Assembly: GCA_002189035.1 (NCBI GenBank)
Contig: NEEC01000011.1
Coordinates: forward strand, 1,364,001 to 1,428,000
Length of the DNA stretch: 64,000 nucleotides
Reading direction: 5' to 3'
From: Utricularia gibba
Lineage: Eukaryota; Plantae; Magnoliophyta
Shown here: positions 41,845 to 53,914 of the stretch, one piece after another
Numbering within the stretch: position 1 is the first letter of the stretch
Layout of the letters: the number at the start of each line of letters is the position of its first letter
Position numbers and translations under genes: made by a program
The notes under the pieces: generated by a model
The model's input: only the letters and a program-made list of their open reading frames with translations
Databases searched by the model: none
What the model was told of the DNA's origin: nothing

Positions 41845-42266
41845 ATGGGGGTTGATGACGCAACTGTCCCCATCAGCTTAGCTTGTAACTTCATTGGAGT
41901 GTGTGCGGTGCACGATGGGCTACGTGGACGCTCCGTTGGTCGCGTCGACAAAAGAGTGCCGTCATCGGTGGAGTGGAGACAACGCCCTCTTCGCCAATCA
42001 ACTGCGATCATGAAACGGGGACCCCTTGGGGACAATACGACAATCCTGTTGATGAGATTGAAAATGGGGAGTTGTGTTTGATGAAAATCACCCCAGTTCG
42101 TGTGCAGTGGGGGCCGCACGTCGATATTGTTCCCGGGAGCAAATTCTGTAGCTGCCCAGTCCCTAGCATCCACCGGAAGAGACGGCGCGCGGCGCTACCA
42201 TTGGCCGGCACACGGATTTTGGAAATTTTACTTGTATTTTGCAACAACCACAACACCCACTACTAA
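41845..42266 (+). other. Unidentified GC-rich probable coding segment, possibly frameshifted at a GT repeat
   Basis: ORF 41901-42266 (..GTPWGQYDNPVDEIENGELCLMKITPVRVQWGPHVDIVPGSKFCSC..) looks protein-like. The nearest ATG (41845) is in another frame and joins if one GT unit at 41899-41904 is removed. Confidence 0.35.
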
Positions 42267-42822
42267 AATCGAATTCAACATATTACATATAATTTTAGAC
42301 TAAATTCTTTTTATAATATGTTGCATTGATATTAATAAATTATAAAAACAATTAAAACAATAAAAATACTTATCTAAAATGAAGATTGAATCGAATTTAA
42401 TAATGAATTTTAAGAAATGGCTCAATTAATGAAGTCCAAAAATAAACCCACTACTAGTTTTTTCCTTCTATCTTAACACCAAGGATTAAAAAAAAAAAGA
42501 ATAAGAATGATTCTCCATAATGGATATTTGGATTCTTGCATTTGAGATTTCACTTGTGTTAAAACAAAAACATAAAAAAAAAATGTTTACATGGAAGATT
42601 TCAAACAAGGTGTGCAATCAGCAATAACAAATATACCAAGCGAAGGTTAGTTAGACAGACAGCGGATTTAGTCTTATCTTACAAACCTAAGGCCCATCAC
42701 CAAAGTAAAGAAGCAGAAAGATGCCTGGCACGACCTCATCATGCTCATCATATTGCCCAATTTTGTGTAGGAACATATAGAAGAGTAAGAAGCAGGGATG
42801 CTCACCAAGCGAAAGGAGACGT

Positions 42823-44218
42823 TCAGCGATACGTCGGCCCCAAGAGTGAAAGAAGGAATGCCCTGTAATGGCTGGATGTTTCTGCGTGAACTGCATCATT
42901 TAATGGCGTGTGGTACTTCTTTTGGTACTCTGCTTTTATGTACTGCATGTCGATCTCAGTTCTGGTCACTATGAATCTTGTGAGAGCGGAATCATTAGTT
43001 CCAACGCCCTTCATTGAGTCATGCAGCATCTGTGGAATTTGCAGGAGCAATTCAGCATCATGATGAATATATTCAAGCAAGTGCAGAGATGTGCAGTTCT
43101 CTCAATACCTTTGCGAAGTACTTGGCAGGATTCAGAGCACACTGCAAAATAGTCAATAGGGCGAACTCGAACAGGCCTGATGTTTCCTTTTTAACTGCCT
43201 GAAGGAGACGATGTGATTAGTGTTTGGTATATGAATCAATTCGTGGGAGAACGTGACGAGTTACCTACCTTTTTCAGAGAGCTGCCGTACATTGAGTGAT
43301 AAGCAGAAGCCACGGCAGCCAAATGTCCAGGACTAGACTCGGAAAATATGTGTATGAAGGTTTTCTCATCGGTTCCCAGCCTCCTTTCTCCAGCTTTGTA
43401 GAGAGACTTCGCATCGTGCTCTGCTCCTGCCCTGTCCACAATTGGACCTTCAAAGCGTACTTTACTGACATAAGCCAGAAGCAACTGCAGCATTGATGAT
43501 GTAGGACAATCAGTGAGTGATTATATTACTCGGCACAAGGATAACCATCAAATATGCTTTCATGTTCTGGTATCACAGAAAGAGAAGAATAATGACCTTT
43601 TTCAAATCACCGGTTACTTGACACTCAATGTCTTGTTCAAGATGAAGATGAAATCTAGTCACGTATATCTGCTTCAAGTGTTGAAGCTGAGCAGAACTGC
43701 GGGAGCATATAACTTCAGTAGCAGTTTGTAGATTAATTAGTTCACCAGATAAACTCTTCCTCAAAATGATTGCATCACGCGAAGCCGGATCAGGCAACCA
43801 CATCAAAATCGCTCTCTGAATACGAAAAAAAACACTCAACCAACAATTCAAGATAAAAAAACACATTCAAAGTCGCTGATTCCATTTCCATTACCTACCT
43901 CGAGGTCGCCGTGGAGTTCTTTCGCAAGGCGATTCGAAAGCTCCTCAGAGTACATCATTCTGTACTCATTTTCGATCAGCTGCCGCTGCGCCGCATCCCG
44001 ATGAGCAAGAATGTTGATAACGGCCTCCTTATCGCAACCGAAACCTAGAACAACACAATGACTTTCAGCATCCAAATTTCTAACACAAACAACAAAATAA
44101 AATCTCCTGATAGCAGAATTAAAGAAGAAGAGTTCTGCGTCACCCTTGAACGCGCGGTATAGCTGCGTAGCGTCGTCTCTAGGAGAAGTCAAGACCGGGG
44201 AACGCTCAAAGTCGCCAT
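42823..44218 (-). CDS. ANN5: Annexin D5, 6 exons, one apparent -1 frameshift
   Basis: MATLSVP(P)[18 protein letters not shown]|[35 protein letters not shown]-like [64 protein letters not shown]. One base is missing at 44197-44200. Confidence 0.93.
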
Positions 44219-44764
44219 AGTTGATCGATAGATATGTCACCCGTTCTAATTTCACAACTCATCTGGTCAAATCAATTTATAGTACTCAAAGTAAACCGAA
44301 GCTGGCCCCATCGTTAGGATGTGACGTGTGACGCGTACGAGAAAAATATAAGCGATTGGAAAATAAGTATCATCGTTTTAGAATTTTTATTCTTTTTTTG
44401 GCGTAGGACATACAATGGGCGCCAAACCATTTGCGAAATAAGTATTTTTTAAAAAATAAGTATTTTTATAAAATTTTCAAAAAAACCCCGTTCAATTTTT
44501 ATTCAGTTTTGCTATCGAATTCTATTTTAAGAAAATTAGAAAATTAAAAATAATTTATATTTTTTAAACTCTAAAAAAAACTCAAATGCTAATGCTTTAT
44601 AATCAATTTGCAAAATTATAATAAGTTTTTTAAAAAATAGAAAAATTAAAAAGGAAACAATTCTATTCAAGTACCAAAGTGACATTCTCTAAGATCCATT
44701 GAAATTTGGATCTAAGATACAACCGTAGTGACATGGCATTCAGGTGAACAGAGGGATTTCAGTC

Positions 44765-45220
44765 AAAGCAACCAGGTGATCAACGATGATGACGGTTCAG
44801 AGAAACCCGTACTCTTGTGCGATAGAGGGGATACTTGTCCTTTGGTTCAAGCCATTTCTTGATGCATGCAGAATGATACTGATGTTGCAGTCTAGGATTC
44901 CGATCATGCCGCCGTCGCAGAGGTCTTCCTCACAAACGATGCAGATGTTGGGCTGCCGTCTTTATTAGCGACTTCGAGTTCCAAATTGCTCTTCAATATC
45001 ATGCTCTGCATCAGTATATTATGATACCTCTACACTAACTTTTCTTGATATGCATTATGTGCACCTTCATCCTCTGTTTCTTGCCAATCAACTTGGTTCT
45101 CCTCCACGTGAAGGAGGTGGTGTCCTCCATCTCGCTGCTCCTCCAGCTTGAACCAACCTCATGGCCCTTAACGATGGGTTTGTCAAGAACCTGAGTTCTT
45201 CCTAGGAGAAAATACTATCC
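44765..45220 (-). pseudogene. PAM2-RING family copy D: degenerate linker plus RING fragment, no PAM2 part
   Basis: Aligns to A 30840-31260 (gacaaacccatcgtt.agggccatgaggttggtt, gacctctgcgacggcggcatgatcggaatcct.gactg) with stops, frameshifts and Cys-to-Tyr changes. Confidence 0.85.
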
Positions 45221-45439
45221 GAAAATTTATGTGGAATTTTTGAGAAGGCATGGACATACCATATTTCTAGTTGAAAATGGTTTTTAACTAGTTTATATGG
45301 AATGTCAATTCATTAACTTTAATAGTTTTGAATGGAAGTTGGGTATTACACACACATAAAGTTCTAATTTGTCATATTGAATTATACTTCCGGAGGATCT
45401 CTAAACCCAAAAAGTCTACGAGAGTGTGCAAATCCATCC

Positions 45440-45750
45440 CAAAGGGGCATTTGCTCTTAGCTTCCAGCCATTTTTTGATGCATGCGGAATGAAACTGATG
45501 TTGGGAGTCCAGGATTCCGATCATGCCGCCGTCGCAGAGGCCCTCCTGACAAACGATGCAGATGTTGGACTGCCCGTCTTCATCAATGGCTTCAATTTCC
45601 CAATTGTTCTTCAGTATCATGCTCTCCATTAGTATCCTCTGATACCTCCTCAGCCACTTTTCCTGATGTTCGTCATGTGCAGGTTCCTCCTCGCCGATCT
45701 CCTCCGCGAAGGCCGCGTCCTCCGTCTCGCTGCTCCTCTGGTTCGAACCA
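45440..45750 (-). pseudogene. PAM2-RING family copy E: near-identical to A 30905-31211, truncated at both ends
   Basis: GSNQRSSETEDAAFAEEIGEEEPAHDEHQEK...CIVCQEGLCDGGMIGILDSQHQFHSACIKKWLEAKSKCP then unrelated sequence. The third Cys is changed to Ser. Confidence 0.88.
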
Positions 45751-45765
45751 TCTACATTTAACAGA

Positions 45766-46216
45766 TTTGCTTTGAATCGAGGCTGAGGATCAAATGTTTT
45801 ATGGGGTTGTGATTCTGCGGCTTGGTTGAATGCTTTGCATTTTCTATGGCACGGTGAACTTTGGGTCATTCTGTTGACTTTATTAAGCTGTTGCCCTATG
45901 TTTCTTTCCAGCGTAGCTCATGACAGTATTGTTGAAGGAGCACCACAGCAGAAGAATGTGGACATTGTGCGTGTGAGTATAGTAACTTTGATCCTTTCTG
46001 CTCATTCTTTTTTCAGTGGTGTTATTATACTTGATCATTCCTCAGGTTCAAGGGGTTCATGTTAGCTCCGCCGATGTAAGGATTCAACAAGGAATGGCTT
46101 ATGCTCTGGCCCAGATGCAGAAGGAAGATTGCACTGGAAATTTCCGATTAGTAGAATCACAATTTGCAAACTATCTCGTCCCAGTCATTCCAAATCGTAC
46201 AGACTTGGGCCAGTGA
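45766..46216 (+). pseudogene. Orphan 3' end of an unidentified spliced gene
   Basis: Exons 45912-45972 and 46046-46216 join in frame over a GT-AG intron: VAHDSIVEGAPQQKNVDIVR|VQGVHVSSADVRIQQGMAYALAQMQKEDCTGNFRLVESQFANYLVPVIPNRTDLGQ*. A probable upstream exon lies at 45766-45853. The 5' part is absent. Confidence 0.6.
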
Positions 46217-46479
46217 TTCTATTCCTGGTTACATGAGTATTTCTGTATCCTCTTTTTTGCAAGGGAGGGTGGGTAGGTTGCAGACTTGCAGTTATACCTT
46301 GGACTAACAACATTTTTAAGGCTTCACGTTCGTGTTGATATTTAGCGATGCTATTGATCACGTAGGAGCATATTTTGTTGCACCTTAAGGAACTCAAATT
46401 AGAATTCGTACAGGAAAAGTAGGACATGCTTCCTAAATGAATACATCTATGCTTCAAGAACACTTATTTACTCCCTAGA

Positions 46480-49400
46480 TCAAACGGGGATGAAAGACCT
46501 TTCATGATTTTCTTCAGGTCTACAAGACTTCGTACTGCTTAGGAGAGGGAAAACGTCATGCTCTTCTCTAATGCTGCACACTGGAGTCTGTAGCCTTTGA
46601 CTGCACTGGAGTAAGATATGCAACGCATCTTTCATATGCGGCCTGTTTAAGGGGATCTATTTGTACATACCAATCCCAACTTCAGCACTGTGCTTATTTC
46701 CTCCATATAATGTGATTCTTTTACTTCCTCATCCAGTATGTCATCTATTGGCCTTCCCTGCTGAGCCACATGGCGCCACACCCATTCGGCAAGTGATGAC
46801 CGTTCATCTCCATTGTGAGCTTCTCTTCCAGTTACCAACTCAAGAAGTACTACTCCAAAACTATAGACGTCTATCTTCTCATTTACACGTCTTGTATGAG
46901 AGTACTCTGAGATGAAGTTCATGGTTGAAAGGGACAGGTTATCAGGTTAAAATGCTTGAAAGTCAGTAAGGGGGAGAAAAAGAAGATGATTATTACCTGG
47001 AGCCATATAACCAAATGAGCCCGCGACAACAGACATTGTATCAGGCTCTCCGGTGTTCATCAGCATCCTTGCAAGCCCAAAATCTGAAATCTTTGCATTG
47101 AAATCTGAATCCAGGAGGATATTGCTTGACTTCACGTCTCGATGGATTATTGGAGGCGAGCAGTGGTGGTGCATATAGCAGAGGCCTTGAGCAGCTCCAA
47201 TTGCAATGTGCAGCCTTTTTGGCCAGTCCATGAGATGAACTGAACTTGCGTTGCTGATAAATCGCCTCTTGCTGCGATGAAGCCATGTGTCTAGGCTGTG
47301 GTTCTCCATGTATTCATAAACCAGAACCTGTGACTTCTCCCCTGAGATGCAGCAAAGCAGTTTGACGATGTTTGCATGCCGGATCATCCCAAGAATTCCA
47401 ACTTCTGCATGGAATTCCTTCTGAAGTTTTCTATCCAACTTTGTGCTGTTCCGTATCTTCTTAACAGCAACATACTCATCTGACCTGTGCAATGGGACAC
47501 GGTAAACGCTCCCTGATCCTCCTTTCCCGACTAGATTATCATCAGTCAAACTTTGCAGGATGTTTGATTCAGTGAAATTCAGCTTGTTAAATGAAGTCAG
47601 CTTCCAGTCGGAATCAGTCGAATGCACAGCCTTTCTGTAGCATCTGAACACAAAGACTGCATACAGCAATGCCAAAAAGAATGCAACTGCAGCTAGACTC
47701 GAGATGATTGGAGTGAAACTTGATGAACGACCTCTTGATCTCCCATTTCCTTCAACACAACTGTTTATGCCGAGTGATCGTGTATTGGAACACAGTCCAG
47801 CATTGGAAATGAAACTGTTGTCATAAGCTGCATTCTCAAACTCAGCTGGGATCTGCCCAGAAAGCAAATTATGAGAAAGGTTGAGATAAGACGGCATCAA
47901 ATGCCCAAGACTGGGGGAATTTGGCCTGACAACTGATTCTCTGACAAGTCCAATGCTACAAGGTCTGGTAGCTGGCCTAACAACGAAGGGATTGTGCCCG
48001 AGATGTGATTTCTGCTGAGATTTAAAGTTGCAAGAGATCTCCAGGAGATTATTGTTGGAAGCGGACCAGAGAGTTGATTCCTGTCAAGCAAAAGAACTGT
48101 TAAGAGTTGGAGAGCTGTCAGAGCTTGAGGTATTTCACCGCTGAAAGAGTTGTTGCTTGCCCTGAGGACCTTCAAGCTCTCCCACGAAGATATCCCTACG
48201 GGGATTGAACCCGAGAACTGGTTATCCATCACCTCGATGAGCGATAACTTGGGGCTCACCACTTCTGGAAGCTGACCGGAAAACAAATTGTTGCTTAGCA
48301 TCAAGTATTCTAAATTTGGTGCTCTCCATAACCCATCGGGGACACTGCCTGACAGCAAGTTATCGTGGACTCGAACAATTGTCAGGCTATCGCAATCGTT
48401 CAGAGATGATGGGAGTTCACCAGTCAAATGATTCTCAAAGGCTACCACCCCTACCAACGCTTTGTTTATGCACAGGTTCTGGGGTAATCCACCCGAAAAA
48501 TTGTTGGTAGAGACTTGGAACGTTTCAAGTTTCGAGTGTAGGCCGAACTCTGGTGGTAATTCACCATACAGGTTGTTGTTGAATACTGAGAAATCTCTTA
48601 GACTTGGCAGTCTGCTGATACTGGATGGAACTTGGCCTGATAATTGATTGAAGAACAAAGCCAGACCAGTGAGAGTGGTGATATTTCCAATCCCATCAGG
48701 GATTTCTCCTGTCAAGGAATTGTTAGAGAGATCAAGAACTTGCAAGTTCAGTGATTCTATTCTCCCAGGAATAGGACCAGAAAGATTGTTCTTGTACAAG
48801 TACAAGAAAGTCAAGTTTTTTAGAAGAAAAGTGCCACTAGGTATGGTTCCGCTTAGACCATTTGTAGAGAAATCCAGGGATTCAAGAGCAGACATATTCC
48901 CAATATCAGCAGGGATTTGTCCCACCAGATTTGTTTGTGTCATCCACAAGTTCCTGACTTTCTTCAGCTGAGTGAAGCTCTGTGGAATTGGCTGAGGCAA
49001 AAACGGGTTGTAGCTCAAAACAAGCTCTTCAAGATTTAAAAGGTTACCTATTTCCGCTGGAAGCGAGCCGTTTAACAGATTTGAATCCAAATGAAGACTT
49101 TTCAGGCTGGACAACCCCCCAATCTCCAGTGGCAAATCCCCAGTAAAGTTATTAAAGGTCAAGATCAACGACTCCAGCCGTGACGAGAGGCGGTTTATAT
49201 CCCCCGGAAGGACGCCCACCAGGCTGTTATACGACAGGTTCAAGTGCTGAAGGATGGTGCAGTTGTAGAAAACAGTAGGGAATGTTCCAGGGATCAAGTT
49301 CCAAGAAAGATCAACGTAGGACAGGTTCGTAAGATCACATATTGCCCCTGGTACTGTCTGACTTATCGTCATGTTGATGATCCGGATGGCGGTGACGGCG

Positions 49401-49606
49401 CCACCGGAGGAGCAGGTGATCTCCGGCCAACTGCAGTGGGCTGTCGACGGCGTCCAATGGCTGAGAGACGGCGGATTGAACCAGTGAAGCTTGAGCCCCA
49501 TGAGTATACCCTGCTCCCGCCGAGGATCAACTTCCACACCTTGGGACCTTCCATTGAAGGGGAAGAAGAAGAGAAGCAACAAACAAGGTAGAAAATTACA
49601 CCCCAT
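46480..49606 (-). CDS. HSL3: LRR-XI receptor-like kinase, HSL3/NUT (At5g25930)-like, two apparent -1 frameshifts
   Basis: Signal peptide, PPSLSHW..HCSWPEITC cap, ~20 LRRs, AYDNSFISNAGLC, TM helix, WKLTSFNKLNF, GKGGSGSVY, VAVKKI, HRDVKSSNILLD, DFGLARML, one intron after GSFGYMAP|EY. Breaks at 47904-47906 and 46651-46654. Confidence 0.9.
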
Positions 49607-51496
49607 CTCTTTTCCCAGCAGAAGCAGCTCACGCCTCCATTTTCTTATACCCCCTATCCCCACGTGCAGATTATGTTATTACAGGATCTGCTTCTAGAAG
49701 GGCTTAGACCAAACGGTAATTGCGTCTACTTCTAGAGGCGCTTTTAGTTTCTGTGCGTGCAGACAAATTACAACAACATCAGCTTCTAGAGGGAAGCCGT
49801 CAAATACGACCATCTGGGTGCCAAAATTCTGCTTGTTCCCACCGGTCGCTGAAGTTTCTAAGAAGCAGCCCAGCCCTCAGACTCGCCTGGAAAATCTTGC
49901 CTTTTTTAATTTACATTATCCGCAAAAAAAAAAAGATAAATTTCATACTAACATCTATGATATATTGATTCTCCTGTTTTATATAAATTTATATACTTGA
50001 TATAGGGATTCACATGCACACATACATACATATGTATTTATGTGCACGTCTTTAATAAATTTTAATTAAAGATTTTCTTATTCAAGTATATAATCATTAT
50101 TTTATTTTATTTCATTAGTAGTTGTATGGATTATCTTTTTTCATTGAGATTAGAGATATATTATTCGTTAATATTAATCTTAATATTTCTGATATTATAT
50201 TTTTTTAAAATTGATTAATATGATATTTAAATATTTACATGTTGATTTATTATTTTATTATTATTAATTAATTTTTATATTTTATATTTCAAGTTAATTA
50301 TTTGTTATTATATAATTTTATCTTTTAAAATTTATGAATTTTTAAGAAGAAAAATTCATAGGAATATGAACAAACAATAGTCTTATCAGTCCGTACTTAT
50401 AATTTTCAAATTAATAAATAAATATTCTTGAATAGTTCCAAAAATCAAGTAGGCAATTATTTAATATTCATTCTATAATAGTTTGACTCTACGTAAAAAT
50501 ATTTGATTACTTTCGATTTAAAAATTTGTTTGATTTACAGAATAAAATAAACACAATTTATTTCCTAAATTCTAACTAAATATATGTATATAATTTATAA
50601 AAACCCATCTCCTGTGTGTATTTAGTATAAAAAGATCTCATTATTTTCAATTCATATTTTTCATATAATTAATAGGAAAAAATTGTTTATTAAGAATAAT
50701 AATGTAATTTATGTTTAATAAATTCAATTTTTAATTTTAGCAACTAAACATATTACTTCAATAAACAAAATCCATCCATTAAATATAATTTTCATCTAAT
50801 CCTTAATAATCTAAACCCTTTAAAATATGAAATTCTCAACCAAATAAGCTTTTAATAGTGTTTGAATTGAGATTATAATTCGGTTGTTGAATTGCCAACC
50901 TAACATTGGTTGAATTAGGGATTTATGTTCTTGTCAATTATGTTGGATTTAACTTGTCAAACCCTTGTACAATTAAACATTCTAGATACAACTCTCAAAT
51001 TGTCAACTATATCAATCCAAAGACACACTTACACTTTTATCAATCATCACTACACAAGTGAGGTGAATGGTTATAACATAATTGAAATTTTTGATAGAAT
51101 AAAAATTGATATATTTTCATTGAATTGATTTATATTTAAAATATAAAAAAGAGAATTAATTTTTTTAGTACATAACACATTTTATCAGACTAATGTTTGA
51201 GAATTATAAAAAATATGAATATAATTATAAATTTATATTATTATTTTTTAAAAGAATGGTGTCAATATAATTGTTTTTCAAGCATTGCAGCATAGAGAGA
51301 AGGAGTTTCGATAGTTGGTTAAAAGAAGGCCTCCGTGATCGACGTCACTTCCCACATTCATATGTAGTAGTGGACTGGTTCTTCACTCCCCTAAAAGTCG
51401 AGAGAGATGCCACTTGCCTGCGATGAACATGATGATAGCATACGCATCCACCCACTCTCCCCAAAGCGCGATAGTATTTTCTCCCCGGAAAAACTA

Positions 51497-51712
51497 AGTG
51501 GAATTTTTGAGAAGGGATGTATATACCATATTTCTAGTTGAAAATGGTTTTTAACTAGTTTATATGAGATGGTAATTCATTAACTTTAATAGGTTTGAAC
51601 GGAAGTTGGGTATTATACGAACATAGAGTTCTAATTTATCATATTGAATTGTATTTCCGGAGGATCTCGAAACCCAAAAAATCTACGATATTGTGCAAAT
51701 CCATACCAAAAG
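51497..51712 (+). repeat. ~215-bp direct repeat of 45228-45440
   Basis: gtggaatttttgagaagg.atg.a.ataccatatttctagttgaaaatggtttttaactagtttatatg...ccggaggatctc.aaacccaaaaa.tctacga is shared by both copies. Confidence 0.9.
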
Positions 51713-51899
51713 CATTTTACGTGTGTACGAATCAGACTCACATTTTGCTTTATTTTTGTCTTGATCCCATTAGGAGTTAGAATTTACGTGATTTAGATTT
51801 TTTATGAGATTGAGATTTGATTTATGAATAATTGAATAATCATTTAAAATAACATTTTACATAGTTGAGATTTTGATGTTTTTTTATTCTTCGTGTTCC

Positions 51900-53884
51900 A
51901 TTTACAACAAACTTCACATAGCACCAAAACCCTGTGAAACATGGCATGAAGGGAGCGGCCAGGGGATCCAACCCGTAAGGTACACAGCTTCGGAAATCCT
52001 TGGATCCATGAACTCTCTGAAACTTGGAATGTATGGATGAGCAATGGGATTCATTCGAAAAGGGGCTTTCATGAAACCAAGCACGTACGGATCCATCGGA
52101 AAATCAAATCGACAAAAGGGGCTTAGGTTGTGAGTCGTGTGAAGAATTCCGCTGGCGAAACCAAGTTACCATATATGGAAATATTCAGATTAGCAATCAT
52201 ATAAGGAATGATTACTCTAAACTAGGAAATACTACCATATATTATTACATAATCAGATTTGATCAAACTACTTTAAAATTTATTGATAAAAAAATGAGAT
52301 GGATAATATCTAACGAAAGAAACTTTAAATAAAAAATTAAATGATTTTAATATTTGAGAAAATATGTTTTCTTTATTCATCATCAATAAGTTTATCGATT
52401 TTACACCATTTCATTATCATATTATTTCAATATTTAGTCTCATCATTTTGATAATACTAAATAGGTCATATGCTTATTATTATTAATATATGATTAAAAA
52501 TATTTCAGGCTGAATTTAAAAAACTATTTTTTCTTTTCTTTCAAAAACTTAAACCCATGAATTAGTTGGCTGAATGTTTATGAGATTATATGGATTTAAA
52601 AGGAGAATTATAAATTATAAAATATTTAGGTTATATGTTTAAATAAATCCATGATTACCTTCTCTTATTTTTATTAAAACCACTTAATCCCAATAACTAA
52701 ATACTAATTAAAATATTAATCTCAATACATCAACTTTATTTAAACTCAAATAAATTAAAACTGATTTTATCTCATTCACATCAACTAAATACGACCTTCG
52801 AGTAAGAGTAACTATTGATTATCCGATTTCATGAAATTATGTGCAAAAAATAAATAGGATAAAAAATGGAAAAAAAGACATACTAAATGTAAATTGTATT
52901 TTGGAAAATCTGATAATTATAAACTAACGATTAAGGGGGTTCAAGTATTGATGATTATTAATAAGTCTGATTTATTTTGTATCAACATGCTATTGGGTAA
53001 TGATAAAACTTGGTATTAGGTGACTATTTGTTAAATTAAGATCACACAAAAAGTCCCTATAAATGATTTTATTGCATCATTAATGTTTATTATGGATAAT
53101 GATAACAATTAATAAAAAAAATAGACAAAGACGAGGACAAAATCAAATTCATGTGACAAAAATTAAAGAAATTTTTAAACATTTAATCATTTTTTTAGTA
53201 ATTTTTATTTTTTAAAAAAATATAATTTATGAAATTGGAATATTATATATCAAATTTAATTCATATTATTATAAGGTTATTTCAATAAAAATATATATAT
53301 TATTTTTTTATGATGACAAGATGATCATTTTGGTAAAACATTACACATAATGACCAATTTTTTCAAACACATGTGGAAAAATGATTAATTTTCTAATAAA
53401 CTCTAAATAATACATCGGCCAAATTTCACACTCGTCAGTCAAAAACAATAAATCATAAACAAAGATACAAGGAAAAGATTCTCAAATTTCGGATTTGTTG
53501 TTAATGTTGAACAATTAAGTAGGAATCATTTTAATAAATATTTTTTTAGAAATTAATGATATCCCTATAATTAAAATCATCTAAACTCATTTGTTCGTAC
53601 CAAAAACTTGGGAAAAAAACATCAATTCCAAGTTTTCGATTTTAAATCCTTCAATTCGATTGATTAATGAAAGAAACGGGTCGGCAGGGCACTTCCGTCA
53701 TTTACCTTAGACACATCACCCAGCACTCAGCACGGTTCTTATCTTGGATTTCGATGTTCCGCCGCACAAGTGCCACCACCAAATGGCTGCCGCCGCCGGT
53801 ACTAGCCTCACATTGCTCCAAAATTTCACGGCCGCCGTCGTCGTCGTCAAGAGACCCAGCCGCAGTATTTACATCGTGAGATGC
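51900..53884 (-). repeat. Composite inverted duplication of 29451-30172 joined to ~38466-39700
   Basis: The reverse complement of 53884-53165 matches 29451-30172. The reverse complement of 53160-51900 matches ~38466-39700. The junction is tttctttaatt|tttgtcacatgaatttg. Confidence 0.92.
51914..52096 (-). pseudogene. PAM2-RING family copy F: PAM2-only 60-aa ORF, inverted duplicate of copy C
   Basis: MDPYVLGFMKAPFRMNPIAHPYIPSFREFMDPRISEA..., frameshifted before the third motif. Confidence 0.75.
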
Positions 53885-53914
53885 ATTTCAACAGTTAAAT
53901 CACTTCCATATTAG
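53783..53914 (+). pseudogene. Truncated THA8 duplicate (transit peptide only)
   Basis: MAAAAGTSLTLLQNFTAAVVVVKRPSRSIYIVRC then ISTVKSLPY*. Homology to THA8 ends at 53884. Confidence 0.85.
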
